The notes beneath the pieces were generated by a model. That model ran no database searches, was not told where the DNA came from, and saw only the letters and a list, made by a program, of their open reading frames with translations. 64,000 nt of DNA from a virus (Duplodnaviria > Caudoviricetes), in IMG/VR virus record IMGVR_UViG_2786546905_000002, positions 15,455 to 79,454 of that record. One strand, 5' to 3'. How positions within the stretch are numbered: position 1 is the stretch's first letter; each line of letters opens with the position of its first letter. Of the stretch, positions 51,668-59,911 are shown piece by piece. Made by a program: the position numbers and the translations under genes.

Positions 51668-52839
51668 TTGATCACCTTTTCTAACTGGCTGGCCGATACA
51701 TCAAACATCTTGGCGTAGTCTTTCACGGCTTCGTCTCGGCTCTTGCCTTGCAGCTTGTAGCCATCATGGAAGTTCTTAAAACCGACGCGCAGCATGTCTC
51801 GTTGTGCGGTGAGCTGTTGCTCTTGCTTCTTGATAAGGTTGCTTTGCTTGCGGATCTTTCTGGCTTGTTTAATGGAGCGCTGGCCATCACGTTTACGTTT
51901 CTCTAATTCGCGAGCCATGGCCGCTTGAGAACGCTCATACTTCTTATGCGCTCTTTGGGCCTCATCCACGTTTACTTTCGTTTTGCGGTTCTTGCTGGCG
52001 GCTTTCTTTTCGTCATCACTTAAGAAGTGAGTGCGGCTATCGCTACCAAAGCCGACGCGTTTAGCTTGGGCTTTCATTTGGGTAGCAAGGATCCGCTGCC
52101 AAGCGAGAGACTGCAGCATGGTGGTAGCTTTGAGAACGTGTTTACACGCCACACCTGATAGCTCTGGGTTCTTTATCTTGGGAAACGCAAACTCTTTCGG
52201 TGGCGCGAGGGCGTAATTCCCCATGGTGGCAAGGTACCGGTACCAGTATTGGTGGCGGCCGCAATCGCAATCGAACGAGATACGACCAGCACACGCCAGC
52301 TGTACTGCTTTTTGGTAATCCCCTTTAGGCGGTGACTGTATGAGTTCATCCCACTGCTCAAAACGGACCTTAACGCGGTGATTCTGGTGCTTAGAGCCAA
52401 TGGAAGCGCGAACGTTGATTTGGGCGATATTGCCCTTGATGGCGTAGAAGTTGGCTTGCGTGATGCCGGTACCGTCGTCTACTTGGTCATTGGCACGCTT
52501 GATATCAATCTCACGCGAGTTCTTTACCAAAAACGCATGGGTAATACCTGCCGTTCGGCTGTCGTACTTCTCTTTATGGCGCTGGCGATTCTTATCAAAG
52601 CGCTGCAGGTCTTCTTTTGTGAACCGTTGGCCCTTGGCCTTTTCTCCTAGCGCTTTTAGCGCCTTTGGTGTGGGATTGGTTAGCGTACTGGGCTTTAACG
52701 TCCTCTTGGCGTTTCTACGGGCTTTTTTCTGGGCTTTTTCGATCCGGTTAAACAGTTGGTTGAACTGCTTATCGTTCAGGCCTGCGCTCGCAAAGCTGCC
52801 ATTGGAGAGTTTTTCTGGGACAAACTTGGTTTTAGGCAT
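51664..52839 (-). CDS. 25: gp25-like tail completion protein
   Basis: DIKRAND.VDDG, SFDCDCGRHQYWYRY, GVACKHV. Confidence 0.85.
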   Translation of the reverse strand: MPKTKFVPEKLSNGSFASAGLNDKQFNQLFNRIEKAQKKARRNAKRTLKPSTLTNPTPKALKALGEKAKGQRFTKEDLQRFDKNRQRHKEKYDSRTAGITHAFLVKNSREIDIKRANDQVDDGTGITQANFYAIKGNIAQINVRASIGSKHQNHRVKVRFEQWDELIQSPPKGDYQKAVQLACAGRISFDCDCGRHQYWYRYLATMGNYALAPPKEFAFPKIKNPELSGVACKHVLKATTMLQSLAWQRILATQMKAQAKRVGFGSDSRTHFLSDDEKKAASKNRKTKVNVDEAQRAHKKYERSQAAMARELEKRKRDGQRSIKQARKIRKQSNLIKKQEQQLTAQRDMLRVGFKNFHDGYKLQGKSRDEAVKDYAKMFDVSASQLEKVIK

Positions 52840-52841
52840 GG

Positions 52842-53165
52842 CTATAACCCGTGTTTGTCAATGAATGCTCTCATTGAGCTACGAATCCAAGCCGGTGATG
52901 GCAAATAGATCTCTTCACCTACTGGTAGACCATCAATAGGATCGGCCACATCACTCACCAGACAAATAAGCCAAGCAAGATCGGCGGTACCCGTGGCACG
53001 GTAAGCGGCTAAGTCTGGGCGGTACTCTTCATCGACCTTGATTTCGTAAGTTGTCAGCTCGGTATTACCGCCCTCATCAACGAATGCGAGCACTTCTTGG
53101 TAATAGAGCGCACGAAACACCACGTCTTCAATGTTCTGATCAGATAATCGGGAGACGCCTTTCAT
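52842..53165 (-). CDS. 26: gp26-like baseplate protein (LysM-like)
   Basis: EEYRPDLAAYR, LPSPAWIR. Confidence 0.8.
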   Translation of the reverse strand: MKGVSRLSDQNIEDVVFRALYYQEVLAFVDEGGNTELTTYEIKVDEEYRPDLAAYRATGTADLAWLICLVSDVADPIDGLPVGEEIYLPSPAWIRSSMRAFIDKHGL

Positions 53166-53830
53166 TAGCTGCCCTCCCGCGATTTTTTCACCCGCTCTTC
53201 GTTGTTCTTACGAATTTCGTCGTTGTTCTTACGAACAAGATTTTCTCTGGCTAGGAAGATGCCACCTAAGCGAGAATCCAAGGTTTCTTGGTGCTGCTGT
53301 TCGTTTAGGTTCTGCAGCAAATCGCGTAGGGTTTTCACATCAAGAATGTTTTCCTGAGTGGAGGCATAGACCGCGAACATGAGCGCGTAAGTGTCGGGTT
53401 TTAATTCACTCCAATCAATGTTGTATACCGGCTTACCATCCGTGCCGCGAACCTCATCAACAACCGAGGACGACACTTCAAACCGACCACCAGCATCGTT
53501 AGGGAATACCAGTGCGCCATAAGTACGCAGGTAATTGTAAGCCTCCATGGCGGCTACAATAATTGGGCGTCCATTAGCATCGGGATCAGACAGTTTGATA
53601 GCTCGGCCATACTTGGCGAAGTGTGGTACCACTTCATCAACCAGAATGACAGAACCGGCCTCTCTGAGCTTCTTAAGCTTGGCTGGAAGAGTGAGTTTAA
53701 GGTTTAGCATCGAGCGTGATAGGGAATCACACCGAATAATATGGACTTGGCCATCCTCCACACCCGCGATCATCAATCGGGGCTCACTGGAGGACAGCGA
53801 CAAGACTGCAATCATACGCTTTTGAGTCAT
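53165..53830 (-). CDS. mat: Mat-like particle maturation protein
   Basis: GRPIIV, GRFEVS..VVD, YNIDWSELKP; directly downstream of ref as in P1. Confidence 0.6.
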   Translation of the reverse strand: MTQKRMIAVLSLSSSEPRLMIAGVEDGQVHIIRCDSLSRSMLNLKLTLPAKLKKLREAGSVILVDEVVPHFAKYGRAIKLSDPDANGRPIIVAAMEAYNYLRTYGALVFPNDAGGRFEVSSSVVDEVRGTDGKPVYNIDWSELKPDTYALMFAVYASTQENILDVKTLRDLLQNLNEQQHQETLDSRLGGIFLARENLVRKNNDEIRKNNEERVKKSREGS

Positions 53831-53920
53831 AGGAACCTCAAAGCGTTTTCTTTGGCGGGGTTTTTAGTGTAGTGCCTTTACCACAAATGTTTAAGAAAAA
53901 TTAACCATAGTTCGGAATAG

Positions 53921-54580
53921 CTAGGGCAAACTTTCAAGCCGCTCCAGAGGTAAACCAACCTTTTCATAGACGGCCACCAGCAATTCACGCTCGGTACCAT
54001 TGTGCTGGCTAAACTGGCGCTTACCACCATATTTCCCTTTAGCGTGGACTGGCAGCATATCGGGATACTTCTCTCGCTCTTCCTTTGGCAACAAAGTGTC
54101 GTGATGATAGCAACAAAGCGGCAATACGTAGGCGTGCGCGTTCTCAGTGGTGCGGCCATACACATGGTGCAATGAGATCATGGGGTTCTCACGGCCATGT
54201 TTCTCGCAGGCGATGCAAGGTAGCTTACCAATAAGATCCATTGCTCGACGTTCGCTGGCCGTGGGCGTGCGCCCTTTTAACCCTTTGCTGGTGGTTTTAC
54301 GAAGTGTGCGCTTTTTAGGTGGGGCCGTCTTAGCCTTTTCTATGGCCTTGGCGGCTTGCGCTTTTGCCTTGGCCAATTGCTGAGCTCGGTACTCTGGGGA
54401 GCTCAACTTGATACGCTGCCTTTCTTGCTGGCGCTTGCTAGCGGCCTGCTGTTTGGCAAAGCGCTTCTCACGTTCTTTGGGATCGTTAAGTTTCGCGATT
54501 TTACGCGACTGGGCGCGAGCGAATGCCTCTTTTTGCTTCACTCGCTGGCGTTCTCTCTGTTCTTCTATTGTCAAAGCCAT
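53921..54580 (-). CDS. ref: Ref recombination enhancement (RecA-dependent HNH-type) nuclease
   Basis: Basic N-terminus, GLKGRTPTASE, LPCIAC, SLHH..GRT, LPLCCYHH, PVHA.G..GGK. Confidence 0.9.
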   Translation of the reverse strand: MALTIEEQRERQRVKQKEAFARAQSRKIAKLNDPKEREKRFAKQQAASKRQQERQRIKLSSPEYRAQQLAKAKAQAAKAIEKAKTAPPKKRTLRKTTSKGLKGRTPTASERRAMDLIGKLPCIACEKHGRENPMISLHHVYGRTTENAHAYVLPLCCYHHDTLLPKEEREKYPDMLPVHAKGKYGGKRQFSQHNGTERELLVAVYEKVGLPLERLESLP

Positions 54581-54689
54581 AAAAAAACCCTAATATTCGT
54601 TTTGCTCATGTTTCTGGCTCGCGCTGGAAACTAGACTGAGTTAAGAAATTGCTGTTTCTTATTTGTTTGCTTACAAGCTCAGTCGCACC

Positions 54690-54715
54690 AAAGCCGCCAA
54701 TTGCTGGGCGGCTTT
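54690..54715. terminator. GC-rich hairpin/terminator upstream of ref
   Basis: aaagccgcc-aattgctg-ggcggcttt. Confidence 0.6.
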
Positions 54716-54730
54716 GTTGTTTCTGGACGT

Positions 54731-54955
54731 TTATTTTTTTCTGCGCTCTCTGCGCTGGCCATCCCTCCACCCTTGAGCGGTGTCAGTTGAACGGCCTAAT
54801 ACCCTACACTCAAATTCGACGCTATCTGGAAAGATTTTATAACCAATGGGTTCTAGCATTTCTTGAAAGTAGGCAAGGCTTTGACTCGCTTGTATGGCCT
54901 TGGTGAATCGGGTTATCGTCGGCCCGTCATAGAGCTTAAGTGACTTAGTGATCAT
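54731..54955 (-). CDS. Hypothetical protein
   Basis: ATGA overlap with the AphA-like gene. Confidence 0.55.
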   Translation of the reverse strand: MITKSLKLYDGPTITRFTKAIQASQSLAYFQEMLEPIGYKIFPDSVEFECRVLGRSTDTAQGWRDGQRRERRKK

Positions 54956-55446
54956 GCAATATTCCTTGAGTTCTCCACGAAACTAAGCTCCGCATTGCGT
55001 GTATCAATCTCAAATTGGATACGTAGCTTCTCTGCAGGATCGCGAGTGATGCCAAGTCGTTTTTTTAGTTCGTCCAGCTTCTCGCTAATCTTTTCGGCTG
55101 CAGATACTAGATAGTTGCGACCACCAGCCATTTGCATGGCCGCTGACTCACTGCGAAATGGTTTCATCTTGTATTGCTGAGTCTGGCGAACGTGTTCTAA
55201 TTGCTGCTCTCCCGCTTCTGTTATCGAGTAGAGCTTAGAATCTGGTTTACCTATGTTCTCGACCGTTGTTGTCGAAAGGAAACCCATTTCCTCAAGTCTG
55301 CGCAGATCACGATAAACTTGCTGGTGGTTAGCCACCCAAGCATTGTTAGAAACAACCAGCTTGGTAAGGTCGTAACCCGTTAGCGCTTCGTTGTTTTCGA
55401 TTAGCTGCATCATGCAAAGTGGTAGGCCGTTAATGTTTTTGCTCAT
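54952..55446 (-). CDS. PadR-family regulator, AphA-like
   Basis: TGYDL, W.A.HQQVYR.L, GKPDSKLYSITEAG match Vibrio AphA motifs; ATG 55446 with AGGA RBS (track start 55482). Confidence 0.8.
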   Translation of the reverse strand: MSKNINGLPLCMMQLIENNEALTGYDLTKLVVSNNAWVANHQQVYRDLRRLEEMGFLSTTTVENIGKPDSKLYSITEAGEQQLEHVRQTQQYKMKPFRSESAAMQMAGGRNYLVSAAEKISEKLDELKKRLGITRDPAEKLRIQFEIDTRNAELSFVENSRNIA

Positions 55447-55466
55447 GTTTCTGTTTCCTATTTGAT

Positions 55467-55928
55467 TTAGATTTGTTGCCAAGTGTTGCCAGAGTCTTTA
55501 TCTATAAAGCCGTGGCACAGGTATTCCATTTCCTTGGAGTAATGCGTCAATTTACCTTTGAGCGCTTTCTTATTGCGGTTATGCCAATGTTCATACCCTG
55601 CGCTAAATGCGTATTGGTTGTTGCTGTAATCGGCATAATGCAAATCCTGTCCGTTCCTTGCTTCTCTTACCCCCGCCTCCCAGCTAGATAAGAAGTCGTC
55701 ACGCTCTTTAATGCGTAACTCTTGGCGCTCATCGTTATGAACACCAATCAGCTCGATCACGCCATTGGCCTGCATGCGGTCAATGATGGTGGTATCGAAG
55801 TAACCCAGATACACCTCATCGTGAGCGTTGTATTCGATTTGCGGCGGTGTGTCGTAGACGGTCCCGTCCATAGGTAGAGCCTCCATAAGCTCCACCAGCA
55901 AGCTGAGTTGTTTTTTCGGTATAGGCAT
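55467..55928 (-). CDS. Hypothetical protein
   Basis: 153-aa ORF, GAGG upstream. Confidence 0.6.
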   Translation of the reverse strand: MPIPKKQLSLLVELMEALPMDGTVYDTPPQIEYNAHDEVYLGYFDTTIIDRMQANGVIELIGVHNDERQELRIKERDDFLSSWEAGVREARNGQDLHYADYSNNQYAFSAGYEHWHNRNKKALKGKLTHYSKEMEYLCHGFIDKDSGNTWQQI

Positions 55929-56178
55929 TGCTCAAGGCCTCGGTTAGCTGTTTCTCAAACGACTTACAAAATGCTAGATGCGCCAGCAATTCGGATTCGT
56001 GCTTAGGATCATCCTTGGCCACCATTTGGTTGGCGAGCTCTTCGCTACCAGCGGGAATCATCACCGTGACGTTGCACACATGACGCCAATTTAATCGTCT
56101 CACTGTAAGCATCACTGAATTTTTGTGAGCTCTTAGCCTAAGAAGATCGCCATTGGCTATGATTTTTTCCCGTTTCAT
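55816..56178 (-). CDS. Hypothetical protein, first gene of the leftward operon
   Basis: Follows the divergent control region; its 3' end overlaps the next gene by 113 nt. Confidence 0.5.
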   Translation of the reverse strand: MKREKIIANGDLLRLRAHKNSVMLTVRRLNWRHVCNVTVMIPAGSEELANQMVAKDDPKHESELLAHLAFCKSFEKQLTEALSNAYTEKTTQLAGGAYGGSTYGRDRLRHTAANRIQRSR

Positions 56179-56378
56179 TGGTCAACTTTTTAAAAGTGGT
56201 TCGGAATGATGGTTGCAATCTAACACATAGTTTTTATCCGATGCAATAGTTAAAACACTCAATTAAATCAAAGTTAAAAATAGGTTAATTATTTTACTGG
56301 TTCGGAATAAAAACACTTGGCGTGATACCTTTTTTATATTATCTTCGCCGCCAAGCAAACAAACAGAGACGGTAAATC
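56179..56378. promoter_or_regulatory. Divergent control region with two TGGTTCGGAAT copies
   Basis: Copies at 56197-56207 and 56298-56308; TTGGCG-N17-TATCTT (56317-56345) on plus. Confidence 0.6.
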
Positions 56379-56783
56379 ATGACGGACCAATACCTGAAAT
56401 TATTGACCAATCCACAGCACCGCGTTGGCATGTACGCCCACGCTTTACGTGCTTTTGTGCTGGATAACGCGAACTGCAGCATTGAATCTCTTTACCAGCT
56501 TAAGAGCATGGCAGAGAAAGAAACCGGCAATAGCTGGGGGAGCCTAAGTGCCTACTTTGGGCTATTCGCAGAGCACGCCAAAAAGCTAGGCGTCGAGCCT
56601 CAAAGCCTTTTCATCATCCACCTTACTGACGCCATCTATCTGATTGAGCTCAGTCAAATAGAGCGACACGTAACGCTGCGCGATCTGATTCTTGATGACG
56701 ATCAGTTTATTGCTGCAGAGCCTCACGCGAGACGCATTAGTAACGCGTTGTTCTTTGCCAAGAAGACTGCAGGGAGTTTTTAA
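56379..56783 (+). CDS. Hypothetical protein
   Basis: 134-aa ORF heading the rightward operon. Confidence 0.65.
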   Translation: MTDQYLKLLTNPQHRVGMYAHALRAFVLDNANCSIESLYQLKSMAEKETGNSWGSLSAYFGLFAEHAKKLGVEPQSLFIIHLTDAIYLIELSQIERHVTLRDLILDDDQFIAAEPHARRISNALFFAKKTAGSF

Positions 56784-56785
56784 CC

Positions 56786-57034
56786 ATGACTAAACAAGAA
56801 ATCGCAAAGGATGAAGTGGACACATGGCTAGCCTGCCATGGCGTCCCTCTTACACTGGGCCTACTGGTGGAAACCACACGCGAATGTGAGTTGAAAGCGG
56901 CCCGTGGCATACACCTAACCATCACCAGCTTAAAGATGGACCGTGTGGGCGTGCGTATTGGTGTAAGCACTGGCCTTGGCATTCGCACTGAATACAACGA
57001 GTTTCGAATTGACGACTTAAGGCCAGTTGTATGA
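56786..57034 (+). CDS. Hypothetical protein
   Basis: GGGAG RBS, tight spacing. Confidence 0.6.
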   Translation: MTKQEIAKDEVDTWLACHGVPLTLGLLVETTRECELKAARGIHLTITSLKMDRVGVRIGVSTGLGIRTEYNEFRIDDLRPVV

Positions 57035-57228
57035 AAGGAGCCATCCCCTTAGCTGCGTTTATCCGGTCCTATTTCAAGGATCCTGCAGACTTCGCCAACG
57101 TCCATGGCTGCAAGCGCAATACCGTCTATCGAATGCAAGCCAGAGGCGTATACGTCACTGGTAATCGTGAGAAATACACCATTTGGACACCAAGTGAACC
57201 AAAGGGCGATCAGCCCGACCTGTTTTAA
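57031..57228 (+). CDS. Small protein, possible Cro-like HTH
   Basis: FANVHGCKRNTVYRMQARG. Confidence 0.45.
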   Translation: MKGAIPLAAFIRSYFKDPADFANVHGCKRNTVYRMQARGVYVTGNREKYTIWTPSEPKGDQPDLF

Positions 57229-57237
57229 GGGCCAATC

Positions 57238-57765
57238 ATGCTAATTGAATACTCGATGACTACCGTTCCCGCTCCACCTGCAGATATTGATGCGGAAAAT
57301 TGCCACCACATTATGACGGCGAGAGCCTATAACGCTGAAACCAACGACACGATGGCAACCTGTGAGCTCTACTTTGTTGACTTTACCAATGGAATGAAAG
57401 TTACCGACTGTCACGACCTTTTGGATGTGGATGGTATTACTTATGAGTTCGCATCGCTGTTTAGTGCTGAGTTTGAGCTAACCGATGAAGTGGCCGAGAA
57501 ATTAGATCATTACTACCCGATACATCGCCTAGTGATTATCCACGCATTAAAGGTAGGGAAAGAGCACCAAGGGAACACACTATCTAAGGCGCTGATAGAC
57601 GACGTTGAGCGGCGCTTTATTTGTGATACCGACTTATTGGCACTGAAAGCATACCCACTTGAAAACAACACACCAGAAACCACGGAGAGCCTAGCGAAAT
57701 ACTATGAATCCATAGGCTTTCAGAGAACTGGCGTGAACGACATATTAACCAAACCCCAAATCTAG
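57238..57765 (+). CDS. GNAT-family acetyltransferase-like protein
   Basis: LKVGKEHQGNTLSKALI and LAKYYESIGF. Confidence 0.65.
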   Translation: MLIEYSMTTVPAPPADIDAENCHHIMTARAYNAETNDTMATCELYFVDFTNGMKVTDCHDLLDVDGITYEFASLFSAEFELTDEVAEKLDHYYPIHRLVIIHALKVGKEHQGNTLSKALIDDVERRFICDTDLLALKAYPLENNTPETTESLAKYYESIGFQRTGVNDILTKPQI

Positions 57766-57812
57766 AAAGAGGGCGAATAGCCCGACTTATTTTAACCAAA
57801 GGAACCCGAAAC

Positions 57813-58277
57813 ATGAGCATTAAAGAAGCAACACTTGAGTTAGTAACAAACAAACTGGCTGAATCATTCCTTGGAGCATCAAGAACTATCACTGAGCCGC
57901 TTGGGCTGACCGGACAAGAGCAGTTTGCCGTGGTCCACAACGCTCTGACAAAGGCACTGATGGCGCATTCTGAAAGCACTCCCCACGCTGCTATTCAATT
58001 AGTGTCTGGTGAAGTGCAGTGGTTAGCTATGGGCCGCGTGCATGTTGGTGGAGAATCGACGCCTGCGCTTGCAACCAAGCATGTGCTTGAAAGGCTGCAG
58101 AATGAGGTATTAAAAGATGAGGCTTGTAACTGCGACCAATGCCAATCGTCACAGGCCTCAAAAGAGGACATAGCTAAAGAGTTTACTCACAGTGGACCAG
58201 AAGCCAGCGAACCGAGCGTAAACGAGCAAACCGCTAAAGACATTCTTAAAGAAATCTCAGAAGAAGCAAACCACTAA
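57813..58277 (+). CDS. Hypothetical protein
   Basis: AAGGA RBS, 154 aa. Confidence 0.65.
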   Translation: MSIKEATLELVTNKLAESFLGASRTITEPLGLTGQEQFAVVHNALTKALMAHSESTPHAAIQLVSGEVQWLAMGRVHVGGESTPALATKHVLERLQNEVLKDEACNCDQCQSSQASKEDIAKEFTHSGPEASEPSVNEQTAKDILKEISEEANH

Positions 58278-58325
58278 CCCCCTCGCTGGTGGCCATGCGC
58301 CACCAGCTCAGCAAGAGATAGAAAC

Positions 58326-58802
58326 ATGGGCAAACTGAACTTTGGAAAGTTATACCGCGACATAAAGGTCGCGATTAAAGACTACGGTCTATTTGTATTG
58401 GCCACACCTAGTTTTACTTACAGTATTGGTAACTCTTACCACGAACTTCCAGAAATAATTGTTATGACGTCGAGATTTAAAACGGCTCATTCGCTAATCA
58501 ATATGGCTCATGAACACTGGAAGAGAAACGGCGTTACGTTAGGCAGAAATACAGAGTTAATCCAAGATAAACAAGGCAATGTGTTACCAGTGTACTTTCA
58601 GGAAGTACCGCTAACTCCAATGATAGAAGATGAAATTATCGTGCAAGCGATGAACTTCTATCGCAACCATCCTGAATACCAAAAGCGCAAACTGACTATC
58701 GTTCAAATGTTCTTTCCTGACGAAAAAGGATTGCTCCCATTTGAGGACGGTTATAACACTGAATTTGAACAACCCAATCTCAAAGAGAAAACATTCGCCT
58801 AA
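58326..58802 (+). CDS. DUF4262-like protein
   Basis: FTYSIG...LPEIIV and VQMFFPDEKGLLPFE. Confidence 0.7.
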   Translation: MGKLNFGKLYRDIKVAIKDYGLFVLATPSFTYSIGNSYHELPEIIVMTSRFKTAHSLINMAHEHWKRNGVTLGRNTELIQDKQGNVLPVYFQEVPLTPMIEDEIIVQAMNFYRNHPEYQKRKLTIVQMFFPDEKGLLPFEDGYNTEFEQPNLKEKTFA

Positions 58803-58819
58803 TCAAAGAGAGCCGAAAC

Positions 58820-59536
58820 ATGAGCATTAAAATCACACAGCAATCTTTTCTTAAAGACGTTCGCAGCCACGTTATGACCATCAAAGTTGATGAGGGCAAC
58901 ATTCGTCAAATCCTGTTTAAGCAGCCCAACACCAGCAACAGATACTTTCAGATTACCACTTGGGACAATCACCTTTGTATTTCTGGTGATATGGGCACCT
59001 ATGTATTCAGTCGCTTGAACGACATGTTTAATTTCTTCCGTACTAACACTTTATCGGTCAATTATGGTTACTGGGGCGAGAAATTAGAGTCTGTTAGTCG
59101 CTTTGGTGGCCACTACGAGTTTGATAGTGAATTAGTAAGTAAGTCTATCAAGGACCGCACCGATGAAATGTGCAAAGAAATGGACGACTACTATGATTGC
59201 GCCAGTGAAGACGAACGCGAGAGATACGAAACCCCTGCAGAAATGGCCGAAGCCTTTCGAAAGGAAGTTAAGGACCATTTTCGCTACGCCGACCTTGATG
59301 AGCATCGTTACGTAAGCGAACTAGAAAGCTTTGAATCTTCGGTGGCTGAGTGTTTAAAACTTTGTGGTGAAGACTGGGATTGGGAGTGGTTGAACGATAA
59401 GCGCCTATCCTATCAGTTCCAATGGTGCTGCTATGCCATTGCGTGGGCCATCAAACAATACGACCGACACCATAACCCAGTAATTATCCCATCCCACTAC
59501 CAACCAGTGATGGCAAAGCGTGGTGAACAATCATGA
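58820..59536 (+). CDS. Conserved phage hypothetical protein
   Basis: FKQPNTS, LCISGDMGTYVFSR..DMFNFFR, FQWCCYAIAWAI. Confidence 0.7.
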   Translation: MSIKITQQSFLKDVRSHVMTIKVDEGNIRQILFKQPNTSNRYFQITTWDNHLCISGDMGTYVFSRLNDMFNFFRTNTLSVNYGYWGEKLESVSRFGGHYEFDSELVSKSIKDRTDEMCKEMDDYYDCASEDERERYETPAEMAEAFRKEVKDHFRYADLDEHRYVSELESFESSVAECLKLCGEDWDWEWLNDKRLSYQFQWCCYAIAWAIKQYDRHHNPVIIPSHYQPVMAKRGEQS

Positions 59537-59733
59537 GCCAGAAACTCGACAAAGATAAGGTAATTGAGTTCTTAAGACGCAGCCAAGTAAGCAGTGCTGA
59601 AGCTAGCCGCGTCGCAGCCAATCGAAGCGATTACCAACTCGCTTATGAGTACCAGCTTAAAGCGCGATCCATCGATCTGATTCTAGAAGAGATTCAGTTA
59701 GGTAAGTTTGACTTAGAGGATATTTACTCATGA
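59533..59733 (+). CDS. Hypothetical protein
   Basis: ATGA coupling on both sides. Confidence 0.55.
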   Translation: MSQKLDKDKVIEFLRRSQVSSAEASRVAANRSDYQLAYEYQLKARSIDLILEEIQLGKFDLEDIYS

Positions 59734-59903
59734 ACGTAAATTCTAAGGGCGTTAAGAACGCCTATGAATCGCTTGCTAAGAACGGGCTGGTGGATAAGAC
59801 AACCGACGACAACAAGGTGCTGGTAGATGCCGACGAACTCAACACCATTCTGATGGCTTTCACTTTTCTTTTTCATGAGAAGTATCCGAACGCTAAGCCA
59901 TAG
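59730..59903 (+). CDS. 57-aa ORF absent from the track (MNVNSKGVKNAYESLAKNG...EKYPNAKP)
   Basis: ATGA overlap, GAGG RBS, fills the gap. Confidence 0.55.
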   Translation: MNVNSKGVKNAYESLAKNGLVDKTTDDNKVLVDADELNTILMAFTFLFHEKYPNAKP

Positions 59904-59911
59904 GGGGCCGT

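Noticed and set aside
55816-55928. 113-nt overlap of two leftward ORFs as a deliberate dual-coding region
   Set aside because: The overlapped tail looks like low-information read-through; a lost stop or small indel is simpler. Needs homolog comparison.
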